From: Gnetum montanum
Lineage: Eukaryota > Plantae > Gnetophyta
DNA: 64,000 bases
Direction: 5' to 3'
Assembly (NCBI GenBank): GCA_015680685.1
Contig: MNCI01003306.1
Location: forward strand, 364,869 to 428,868
Part shown: piece after piece, positions 53,276-64,000 of the stretch
Layout: the number at the start of each line of letters is the position of its first letter
Position numbering within the stretch: the first letter of the stretch is position 1
The notes under the pieces: generated by a model
What the model saw: only the letters and a program-made list of their open reading frames with translations
The model's database searches: none
What the model was told of the DNA's origin: nothing
Made by a program: the position numbers and the translations under genes

Positions 53276-54774
53276 ATAAGTAATGTTCGTGGGTTGTTGT
53301 TGTTGTGCAAACACTTTAGGAACAGTTGGTGGTGATGTAGAAGAAGGAAAAGGATGAGAATGTTGGAATTTAGGAGAAGTGTAAGGTCCATAAGGTGGTG
53401 GTTGTGTTGAGGACATGGGCTAACAGTAGTGAGGAGAATAATAATGCAGTGAGCTAGGGTATGTTGACCCAGTTGGGGAAATAGGATGTTGGACTAGATA
53501 AGCATTTGGATTCGGATGATATGAAGGGTGTCTCCAATTTCAGGATGGCTTCCCCCACAGTTGGGATTGTTGCCACTGTAATCGAACACAATATCTCTGT
53601 ACAAACTATGGGTGTAACGTGCTTCCCCAATGCTCATATAAATGTAAAAAGATTGGGCATTGGCCCTTGGGGTGATCGTACAGGCAAATGTTGCATTCAT
53701 ACGTATGATTGGCAGTTGAGCTCTTATTTTCTTCATCCCTTCTTTCCGATTGTCTAATGATATTTTGTCTTGCTTCTCAGGTTGTCAAAACTCTATCTCC
53801 AATAATATTGATATATTCTCCACACTCTTTATGCATCCATTCCAGCATCTTATTGATCTTTGCCCTGATTTCATCTAATGATTGTTGTATTGGCAAAGAT
53901 GGTTCTTTCTCCTTGAGATAGGTTGATTTCTCCTTTTTGTGATTATGGACCTCTGTTAAGTTGAGATTTTGGTCCCGTTTGATGAGTCATCATTTGGGGT
54001 GACCACGATATCGCATACGCGATATCGTAGCCTGTCTCCTCATCTATAAATAAGAGGCAGATAGATGAGTTCAGGAATCTAATTCTTAGTTCCTTACCCA
54101 AACTCTTGCATTTTTTCCTTCTTAGAGTTAGAATTATTTCCCAGTGTATGCCTGCAGTGTGGTGATTGTAATTGTACGACATCCTTATTCAAGTGTGACG
54201 TACTTGGACATGCACATGACCAGAAATAAAGATCGAGATTACTTCATCATTGCAGCATTCACTTAGCTTAATCATTTAATTAATTGTTATTTACTGCTTT
54301 CATAGTTAATCTCTTCTCACCCTTAAACTCCTATTAAACGCGGAATGAGTACGACTTGATTACGAGCACTTAACTGTGACTACTTGGTAACCTAGTAGCA
54401 TACCTAGGATCTGCGCTTGGTAATCCCAGTGGTAGTTGTGCATGAAGTCCAAGGTGTGTACAGATAATCAAGGAACGGATGCTCATCGCACTTAGGCTAG
54501 TTTAGATTCTCTTATCCTTTCTCTCTTAGCTTAGATAATATTACTTCCCATTGCCTTCAGGAGTAGCATTAGATTAGAAAACCATCATACACCTCACTCT
54601 GGACTAAACCATACGTGACAAAGCTAATANNNNNNNNNNNNNNNNNNNNGGACGGTGCTAGTTATCTAGATTAGTTATATCATACAAGGTCGCTGTAAAG
54701 GACTTAACGATATATCTTTTAGAAAGAAATAATTATTAAAAGTCACACGTAAATTCACACACAACTTTACAACC

Positions 54775-56751
54775 ATGCCTCTCCTACAAGATCACGATAA
54801 TGCCACACCTAGTGAGGAAGTTCATTGGAGAACCAACGAACTATATGATAATGAAGATTACAATACATAACCTGAAATGGGGGTTTCTTACAAACATGAA
54901 CAAAAGCAACGTCATCCCAACACACAAAAGTATAACTTACAGGATGACAATGAACCCCTACTGGCCACTACAAGCTTAATGCAAATACAAGAGGCTATTT
55001 GAATCTCCCGTAGGCATCGTAAAGAAAGTTGTCTACCCAGGCTCGATTTAAACAACTTCCCTAATTTTTTAGGAGGCTATGACTTAGATCTGCATTAACA
55101 TTTACAAGCCTTCTACGATGCCTGCACATGGAATAACATTGATAACAGGTGGCAAAAACTTAAGCTCTTTCCCATGACACTCGTTGGCCAAGCAAAAGTA
55201 TGGTATAGATCAGTAAAACCAAATTCAATACGACATTGGTCAACAATGGTAGAAGTCTTTAACGAAAAATATCAAACCTACGCAAGAGTGTCAGCCTTGA
55301 GGAAACAAATCCAAGGATGGAAACAAGCACAACATGAACCCTTGGACATGGCCTTAGAAAGATATTATGCACTATTAAACAATTGTCCAAGCCATGGGTT
55401 TTTGAGGAAAGGCTAATGTACCATATCATTGATGGGATTCGTGATGCAACAAGAGAGACCCTAGGGATGTATGCCCAAGGCCAACTATACGAACTACGAA
55501 CCCATCAATTCCAAGAGCTTATTAAGCGAGTAGCAAAAGAAGAAGGAGAATTAGCTAGATGGGAGAGTGTTGAAAAACATCAATGGGACCAAAATCTCAA
55601 CTTAACAAAGGTCCATGATCATAAAAAGGAGAAATAAACCTATCACAAGGAGAAAGAATCATCTTTGCAAATACAACAATCATTAGAAGAAGTCGAGGCA
55701 AAGATCAATAAGATGTTGGAATGGATGTATAAAAAGTGTGGAGAATGCATCGATATCATTAGAGATAGAGTTTTGACAAACCGAGAAGCAGGAAAAAACA
55801 TTAGACATTCGGAAAGAAAGGATGAAGGAAATAGGGGCTCAACTGCCAATCATACGTATGAATGCAACATATGCCTGTACGATCACCCCAAGGGCCAATG
55901 CCCAATCTTGTCACATTTACATGAGCATTGGGGAAATATGTTACATCCAGAGTTCGTACAGAGATACTGTGTCAATCACAGTCGCAACAATCCTAGTCGT
56001 GGAAGAGACCACCACTAAACTGGAGATACCCTTCGTATCATCCAAACTCAAACGCTTATCTTGTTCAACATCATGTTTCTCCAATTGGGTCAACATACTC
56101 TATCTCACCATATTACCATTCTCCTCACTAATATCAACCCATGTCTTCAACACAACCACCACCTTGTGCACCCTATACTTCTCCTAACTTTCAACATTCT
56201 CATTTTTCCCTCCTTCTACATCGCCACCAACTGTTCCTAAGGTGTCTGTGCCATAGCAACAACCCACAAACATTACTTGTGCTACTACTTCCAACAGCAG
56301 TGAAAAGCCTCCTCGACATCCAAAGCGTCCCTTCTTTAAACATGATCGTAAGAAGGGACAACACAATTCTGAGGCCACTACATCCTCCAACTCAGCACAA
56401 GTCCCACATTGTGGTGCACCCTTATCTTCGAACCCAACACCTCATGTAACTTCATCAGGGCCACCAACTCACACTCCAACAATACTGCCCAATGAACATA
56501 GGCATGGAGGGCGACAACCCAATCCTTGCATACCATCTAACAGTCCCAAATATCATAGTGGGTCAACTCGTTATCCAGGAACTACATCATATAAATTGCC
56601 CCACTATGCTTATTATAATCAAGTGTGTGAACCTCGATGGGGTAAATATGACCAAGCCAGAATATTTCCAACATGCAAGGATCCTCATCTTCCATTTATT
56701 AATCCTTGCCATCCTCAACCGATTAGTTATGGGGGATATCCCCCATTTTAA
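54775..56751 (+). pseudogene. Disrupted gag of element C
   Basis: TLVGQAKVWYRSVKPNSIRHWSTMVEVFNEKY (retrotransposon gag), CNICLYDHPKGQC knuckle and a Pro-rich tail ending YGGYPPF*. Stops and frameshifts present. Confidence 0.85.
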
Positions 56752-58139
56752 TAGCAAGCAGAATTAAGAAATACTTTTCATTTTCTTTAATTTTACAAAT
56801 TTTTTTCCAATTTTTCATTTTTTAATTTCTTGTATTATCTTTTTACCTTTTTGTCTTTTTGTCCTTTAACGTTTGTTGTAAGTAATATCGTCTATAAATA
56901 AAACACTCATGTGGATCATTGGTTGAGGTGTGTTCTATGTTATCGAGTCTCGAGTAATCAATTATTTGGACAGTGAGCCCATTACACCCACTCATCCATT
57001 CTACAAATAAAAGGTTCTATTCGAGGGTACAGTGATATTCTTGAAATTCTTAAAACTTAAAATTAATTTTGTGTTCATTGTACCCAAAATGAAGAAGGAT
57101 GGACCAAGAGGGAATTATTAGGGTGTGACATCAAGGGGACTTGCGGATCCTCTTTGGTGGCATTTGTGGGAGTTATCATGCAACGTGGTTGTACTAAGGT
57201 CCTTGTAGATCTAACAAAAAAATGGGAGTAAGAGTAATCAAAAGGGCACTCAAAAATTAATGCTGTGCTAGGGGGTCCCACTGGAAAGACATGCACCCAT
57301 GCTTGAAGGTTGGCAGCTTCTCTGGATTCAATATTCAAAAAGAAAAAAAAAAGAAGAGAAAAAGAAAAATAAAAAGAAAAGTGCCACAAAACAAAAGTCA
57401 CTCCTCCCTTGGACGAAATGCCAAGTGATCATACGCTTTGTTGTTATGGTACTCTCATAGTTGTTCATTATGGGATGAAACAATGCGATGTCATTGATTA
57501 GAAGGATGGAGTTGGTCCTGATCTTGGAATGCCGGGTTAATGACACATTAATCATGCTTTACACGCAGGATTCACTGTCCCCTGGGTCAATTACCTCATG
57601 TCCCAATCTCTACGATCCCTTCTATACTTCGTCTCATCTCACTGTTCGTGTAATTGTAGCTCGTGTCATGTGTAGCATAGAATTCTTACCTCATTCCAGT
57701 GATATTTACATGTGTGTGTTTTATGGAGTTAGTGCGGATTACATTTAACCCTTCTAGTGCCCACGGACACTTTAAGTGTGGTTACACAAGGGCATTATAG
57801 GTTGGAACCTGCTTTGGGGAGGACCCACTTGTGTAATCTTCACTTATGATATAGCTCACACACACCATTTCTCACCCTCAGCTTATTTTTCATAACATTC
57901 TTTCCTTATTATTACCCCTCTAAATTTCAATGTTCGCATGAACCATCACATAACCTTTTTCTTACCACCCAAGGTTTTATTGATAAAATCCACATCATCA
58001 TCATTAATTGTGCCTTTTGAATTAATGGAATTAGCGTAGAACTCCTTCATAATAGCCTAATGTCCTCAGCTTATAACGTTGATTTTAAGAAAATCCTTTA
58101 AAAATTTGGTATTTTTGTTGTTGTGCCTCATGTCACTAG

Positions 58140-58240
58140 GGTTGTGATACCGCGTACGTGATATTGCGGCCAACGTGATATCGTGTACGTGATATTGCGG
58201 CCGACGTGATATCGCGTCCCCACAACCTATAAATAGGTGA
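58140..58240 (+). promoter_or_regulatory. Internal LTR-U3-like promoter module upstream of the env-like ORF
   Basis: Five GTGATA(T/C)(C/T)G(C/T)G repeats followed by CCTATAAATAGG, the same architecture as in the LTRs at 535-670 and 54005-54055. Confidence 0.6.
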
Positions 58241-58710
58241 CCCCCCCGAAACACTTAGCATCATTTTGCCATTCACATGGGGGAGTTTTTGAATTTTTTC
58301 TCTACGACTTGCGATTGAGTGACCCTTGCTTTTCTCACTATATCTCGCTCGTTGGTACTCCGATTTTAATTCCATTTGAACTTGCTTGAACCCAAAGTGT
58401 TCAACTTGGTCATGGGGGAGGGACACTTGCCGAAAAGTGCCTAACTTTTTTGGAATTATTCATTGCCCAAAGGACATCATCTAGGGTAATTAGCTATAAC
58501 ACTTAGAATAATTGTGCCCAAAAATCATTTAACCCCTAGGCATACCGGGAAATTAAAATTGGGAACCACCTAAGTAACACAGACTCATTATTACAATCTT
58601 TCAGGCAAGATCACACAGAGATAAAATAAGATCATTAATTAAGGCAAGCAGTAAGGTATAACTTAATTTCAAAAACAACCTTACTAATGCTTGACCCTGT
58701 GTGATTGCAG

Positions 58711-60880
58711 ATGGCCTCGAAACGTGGACAACAGGAAGGTCCTTCTCAAGGTGGAAACAAACGATCTTGGAGAGGTGGAAGACAAGATCCTACCATCGGA
58801 CAACATGCAAAATAGGAGCAACAATCATTCAGCATTCATCAAGAAGATCCTCCTACCGTACGATTTGGGCAAGCAGAAGGAGGAGCTGCTGCAGCGCCTG
58901 AACAGGGACAACATCTCATGTTGCCCCAAGATTGTGTTCAGGCCATCTATGAAAAGTCCACATTCATTGTAGTGATTATGGAATTAAACTTCGAATCTTT
59001 TGCAGAGTTCACGCCTGAGGCCGTTAGGGATCACCTCAAAGGATCCCCATTATGGCCTACCCTCTTTGAAAGTGGTGCCTGGTACCTAGGAGAGACGTAC
59101 CAATTTTGGCACAATAGGGAGCAAGACACCACTGTCAATATTTGTGGTGTGACAGTTGATTTCTCCGTGCAGGCCATTTTGGAAGTGTTAAACCTTCCAA
59201 ATACAAGGCCCAAAGTTGCTCAATTATCCACCCGTTCAGACCTCGATGTGTGATGAGATTGGTTGGAAAGGGCTTATGGTAGAGATAAAATATTTGGTGA
59301 GTTGATAACGGAAGAGAGGATTTACTTTAAAATTGGAACATATCACTTCTTCCCCATGAAGGGCTTGAAAAGAATATCAACATATGTGGCTAGAGGACGT
59401 GCAGTGTTGATGGGAAAGGTTAACGCTAACCTGCCCCATCTATATTTAACGGAGATCCTGAGGTAGTTCGAGGAACGAAAGACAGGGAAGATGGAGCTGC
59501 CTTTCCCTTATATTATCAAAAAAATTTACCGACGTGTTGGTATTCGGGGGTACACTAATGATGTCCTTTGAAAAGCCCAGATTGCTTCATATGCTGAATT
59601 GCTAAAGGTGCCAGCTCTAAGGAAAAGCACTGGCGAAGAGCTGGGCCCAGAATAAGAGGAAGAACAGATGGCTAGACCAACTGCAACTCAACTTGCAGGA
59701 CTTAGCCAACCTCCAAGCACAGGTCCCAACCAACAACAGGAAGCAAGGCCTAGCATAGGCTAGGATTAGTCGCCACCGTCGCAAGACTACAGATCCTCGA
59801 TGGCCATCTCAGAGCCATTGCTGAGACAGTCAGTTGGGGAAGTCGTGATGACGCAAACCTCTTCCACATCATCAATGATGCCATTCAGCCCACTATTTCT
59901 TTGGATTGTACAAGGGGCAAAATTTCTATTCACACAAGAGGAGGGGCAAGTAGATGGTCACAATAGATCTTAGGAAACGCAGCATCTTTCCAGGTGCAAT
60001 TAAAGACTAGTGAAGGGGCCATTGTTGTGATCATGCAACACCAGAATGCTGCAAGAGCTGTAGAAGTGGTCACTGACCACATCAAAGAATCCTTCAACAT
60101 ACCTGTTGTACCATCGGTAGATTTCATAGGAGCACGGGATGCTCAAACTTTAGTCGGAACCTCAATGACTCCTGTGGAACATGAGGATGCGCTTGATTGA
60201 TTGCTCTAAACAGGGCAAGTAATGACATCCCTCAGGATGTTACGGTAATTCAGTTAGACCTCATTTCCACAAAGGGGAAGCTAGTCTTAACAGAAGTGAG
60301 GGCCGAGCATGTTGAAGCTGAGGTGTAGAAACTACAAGAGCAGCTCGTGGCCTTACAAGTAGCATAGTAGGACCCTCTGCAATTTGTTCCCGCAGACCAG
60401 CTAGATAATTTTAGAACTGAACAACTAACCAAGCTAATAATGGAGAATAAAAAGGTGGTTGATGAAAAAGAGAAGGTTGTTTGGGATGCCTCTGCAGCAC
60501 AGGCGCAAACTCATGCGCATACCAAGGCACTCAAGGCCTTACAAAAAGAAAATAAGCAGCTGTTTACAGACAACCTTCGATTGACCACTGTGGAAAAGCA
60601 AAAGAACGTTCTTGAGGAACACTTCCATCAACTACGAGAATAATTCATCTGGGTCAACTGAGATGTAAGCCGTTTAGCTAGAGAGAATCGAACCCTCTCG
60701 ATGGAGGAGGTACGCGCCATTTGTCAAAAGTCAGCTATTGAGAGAAGCGCGTGGCAAAATGAGGCTAAATAACATGAAAAGTTGAAGGAGCACTTCTGAG
60801 ATCAGGTGGGGATGTACAAACATATCCTTGAGAAGGAGATCCATATGGCCAAGGCCCACATCAATGCTATCAGTGCTCAA
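58711..60880 (+). pseudogene. Disrupted env-like / putative plant transposon protein (Transposase_32-like) ORF with a C-terminal coiled coil
   Basis: MASKRGQQEGPSQ...VNICGVTVDFSVQAILEVLNLP...LPFPYIIKKIYRRVGI, then a heptad-rich E/K/Q region. These motifs are typical of Athila/Tat 3' extra ORFs. Several stops. Confidence 0.75.
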
Positions 60881-61065
60881 CACACTGACTGGTGGGCCAT
60901 ATTGGACACATATGCCTTTGCCCACTAAGTGGAAGTTAAGAGCTGAAGGATTATAAATCATGGTATGCATTGTTATTTTACAACTTTTTGTTTTACACAT
61001 TCTTTATCTTACACCTTTTTGTTTTTATGGCATAAATAACTTGAAAGAATTATTAACCCACATGC

Positions 61066-61550
61066 ACTACATAAATATCTATTATGCACAATGCTTAATG
61101 ACATTAACTCTTCATGACTTCTGATAGTTATCTCTCTCTTCCTTGAATATTGGCCAGCTAGACATAACTATCTGTCATGGTATGTAATACACAGGAGTGG
61201 AAGGATTATTGTGCTTATGTGTGGTAATGGGTTAAGATCTAAAAGGTACATAGAAGGCTATACAAGGAAGAGAGAGATAACTATCAGAAGTCATGAAGAG
61301 TTAATGTCATTAAGCATTATGCATAATAGATATTTATATAGTAATCTTTTTTCAACAGGTATCATTGGGGATGTCCTCTTTTATCATGGTATGTAATACA
61401 CAGGAGTGGAAGGATTATTGTGCTTATGTGTGGTAATGGGTTAAGATCTAAAAGGTACATAGAAGGCTATACAAGGAAGAGAGAGATAACTATCATATGA
61501 CATGAAGAGTTAATGTCATTAAGCATTGTGCATATAGATATTTATGTAGT
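61066..61550. repeat. 80-bp inverted repeat (61066-61145 vs 61263-61342) plus a 209-bp-period direct duplication (61175-61342 vs 61384-61550)
   Basis: Direct alignment; 2 mismatches between the inverted arms. Confidence 0.9.
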
Positions 61551-61779
61551 TTACATAGAAAAGTTCTATGTAAACTTTTTCACCACCACGACTCATGTTA
61601 AAGATGTTGGTAAAGATCATATGTTGTGATTCTTGATCATGACTAAGCAATGGGTTGTATTTCTGCAGTATATAACTAGTTGGTAAATATGCTTAGGATT
61701 TATTTATTGGTCAGGTTTCTCCCACTTGATTCATAGGTCAGGTTCATAAGGTGAAAATCAACTAGATTTTATCTTCACC

Positions 61780-62533
61780 CTTTATTAAAATGAAGAGAAC
61801 TAAGTGACTAACTTTCATTAACTATTTACTAACTAAGTTCTAATTGTCCTAACACCAGTATCCATTCCCACTTGCCGCACACACCCTGAACTAGTGCAAG
61901 AAAGCATATTTAGTTGATTTCCAATGTAATAGGGGTGGTAGAGCATCTGGACACCCCCACAGGGTAGCGTCGGGTGCATGCTGTCTCTGCCTATTCACCG
62001 ATTCAATTGCATAGTAGCGCATGGGTGGTAGTGGCGAGTTCACTTGCACGAGCCGAGAAACAAAGAGCGACCTTATCTCCCTTATTCTCCATGCACTTGC
62101 AAGTGCCTCATTGTTGATTGCGGTTCGAGGACTTTATTGATTTGGGTGACCGTTTCGTGGTCGTAGCATCTAGAAAATAGCCTTTCGTGGATTCAACAAC
62201 ACAGGTTGTGCCTTCCCTTACGGCCCAATGAATACAGCCATGGAGGACAACATCCCGATCCTTGCATATCATCTTATGGTCTCAAGTATCATAGTGGGTC
62301 AACTCTTTACCCAGGAACCACATCTTATAAATTGCCCCACTATGCTTACTATAATCAGGTGTGAACCCCAATGGGGTAAGTATGACCAAGTTTCTATATT
62401 TCCAACATGCAAGAATCCTCATCTTTCATTTCTTAATCCTCGCCATGCTCAACCGTTTAGTTATGGGGGATATCCCTCATTCTAATAACAAGCAAGATTA
62501 ATAAATATTTTTCATTTTCTTTAATTTTACAAT
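61780..62533. mobile_element. Retroelement debris: minus-strand LTR-like fragment (~61780-62220) and plus-strand gag 3' fragment (62222-62533)
   Basis: ATCCATTCCCACTTGCCGCACACACCCTGAACTAGTGCAA resembles the reverse complement of LTR sequence at ~1185-1230. 62222-62533 is very close to the reverse complement of element A 47230-47545. Confidence 0.65.
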
Positions 62534-62535
62534 TA

Positions 62536-63480
62536 GCGCCTCAACTAAAAAATCTAAGGAGAGAGACCCCTTAATAGCAACTCTTGATCCATTAAAGGAC
62601 TTAAGAGTTGCAGTGCTCATAAGTTATACCTACTCAGTTAAGTCCAAGTGTGCAATGATGGTGCATGGGATGATGTTGGTTGCTGCTCCATCATCAACAA
62701 TTTAGTAAGCATTCAGAGATCCCAATCCTTGAGATCAAGGATTGGGATCTCTGAGAACGCCCTCCTTGAGAGCAGTCTCATTGAGGACACCCTCATTGGG
62801 AGCATTCTCCCTGGAGCCCTTGTTGAGAGTGGTCTCCCTGGAGAACGTCCTCCTTGAGAGTGGTCTCCCTGAGAGTGCCCTCATCGAGAGCGGTCTCCTT
62901 GAGTGTAGTCTTCGTAAGAGTGCCCTCCCTGAGAACGCCCTCCTTAAGAGTGGTCTTCCTAAGAGTGCCCTCCTTGAGAACACCCTCCTTAAGAGTAGTC
63001 TCCTTGAGAGCGGTCTTCCTAAGAGTGCCCTCCTTGAGAACGCCCTCCTTGATAGGGTCCTCCTTAAGAATGTTCTCCGTAAGAGCACCCTCCTCATGTT
63101 TATGGCTCTTATGGAGAACATTCTTAAGGAGGACCCTATCAAGGAGGGCATCCTCAAGGAGACCGCTCCCAAGGAGGGTGTTCTCTGGGAGGGCACTCTT
63201 AGGAAGATGGAGCAGCTAACCAACATCATCCCATGCACCATCATTGCACACTTGGACTTAACTGAGTAGGTATAACTTATGAGCACTGCAACTCTTAAGT
63301 CCTTTAATGGATCAAGAGTTGCTATTAAGGGGTCTATCTCCTTAGAGTTTTATTTGAGGCACTGTCAGAGAGACTGCTCTCAAGGAGGGCGTTCTCCAGG
63401 GAGATCGCTCTCAATGAGGGTGTTCTCTAGGCAGATCGCTCTCAACGAGGGCACTCCATGGAGAATGCTCCCGATGAGGG
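62536..63480. repeat. 157-bp inverted repeat (62536-62692 / 63206-63362) enclosing a 15-bp minisatellite (GAGAGTGCCCTCCTT) that flips orientation at ~63100
   Basis: The arms are identical over a ~115-bp core. The 15-mer runs forward at 62745-63095 and reversed at 63110-63205 and 63365-63480. Confidence 0.92.
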
Positions 63481-64000
63481 TGACCAAGGGTTGGCCGAAC
63501 CATCCCTCATGACCAACTATTGAACCAACGGTCCCTCGTGACTAAGTGTTGGCGCAACGATCCCTCGTCATGTGTTCATTTTTGTGCTATTGCCATCATT
63601 TTTTATCAACATTGTCATGTCATGTGTTCATTTTTGGGTGATTGTTAATTTCCAACAATCTGTTGACTTGCATATTTAGGATTTGACAGAATATATCATA
63701 GGCACACTAGAAAGGTTAGTTGGGTCCAAAATACATGGAGTTGGCAAATCTGAGATATGCCAACCTTGCCATGTTAATAGCAAGATGCCCGAGGATAGAG
63801 CACGAGTAGCAGGTAGCAACCACCCACATCAAATACGAAGCAGAATTTGTAGAACGTAAGAAGCTATTGGAGAAACTAGAAGTTGCAAATTCTGAACTTG
63901 AGGTGGCGAAAGTTAGTTACCAAGGATAGAAAGGTGTCGCAATGGACTTGGCTCAACGGCTAGCAGATTTTCAAGAGTACAAGGATAAAGCCAGAGTTTA

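Larger units (their letters stand above)
43763..53979 (-). mobile_element. Athila-like element A: 3' LTR 43763-44644, deleted env-like ORF 45603-44837, gag 3' part; interrupted by element B and cut at 53979 by element C
   Basis: LTR has TGATGAG/CTCATCA ends, with the PPT block at 44645-44680. The gag C-terminus at 47278-47756 resumes at 53281 after B. No 5' LTR is visible. Confidence 0.85.
53980..60880 (+). mobile_element. Athila-like element C: 5' LTR (53980-~54650), disrupted gag, spacer, long env-like ORF; 3' end missing
   Basis: Starts TGATGAGTCATC. The PBS tail GGACGGTGCTAG follows the gap. Colinear with elements A and B in inverted orientation. Confidence 0.88.

Noticed and set aside
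57075-57750. Small ORFs in the gag-env spacer (also 49530-49808) as a captured gene or antisense ORF
   Set aside because: No recognisable domain, interrupted by A/T tracts, and their similarity is explained by element homology.
62648-63512. Pentapeptide-repeat proteins (ESALL / RVPSL) in several frames
   Set aside because: Open frames on both strands are a by-product of a stop-poor 15-bp minisatellite.
63780-64000. Coiled-coil-like peptide (EFVERKKLLEKLEVANSELE)
   Set aside because: Interrupted by stops and cut by the window edge; probably another retroelement ORF remnant, but not assignable.

Overview
AT-rich eukaryotic DNA, clearly from a land plant (plant-type PPR, PIAL and MENG genes, spliceosomal introns), with four N-gaps. 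A central gene island of about 32 kb holds four intact genes: a 16-exon PIAL1/2-like SP-RING SUMO ligase (+, 9850-22589), an 8-exon MENG phylloquinone methyltransferase (+, 23996-30925), a 3-exon P-type PPR gene resembling At2g01390 (-, 36722-33794) and an intronless P-type PPR gene resembling At1g53330 (-, 41893-40547). Both flanks are filled with Athila-like Ty3/gypsy LTR elements (TGATGAG...CTCATCA LTR ends, tRNA-Asp PBS), some nested. They show gag plus an env-like (Transposase_32-like) 3' ORF but no recognisable pol. Introns and intergenic DNA hold L1, RTE and RTEX-like LINE remnants, several tRNA-derived SINE families and a solo LTR. The most notable observations are: (1) a conserved ~55-67 nt leader intron ending exactly at the env-like ATG in four element copies, downstream of an internal LTR-like promoter in one of them; (2) a 2-kb solo LTR in MENG intron 3 flanked by a ~104-bp duplication instead of a 5-bp TSD; (3) GC-AG first introns in two genes, each with an out-of-frame GT 4-5 nt downstream; (4) a decayed duplicate of PPR exon 2 just 3' of the neighbouring PPR gene; (5) fold-back structures at 61 kb and 62.5-63.5 kb. 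Exon models were translated by hand and family assignments rest on remembered motifs; no database searches were run.
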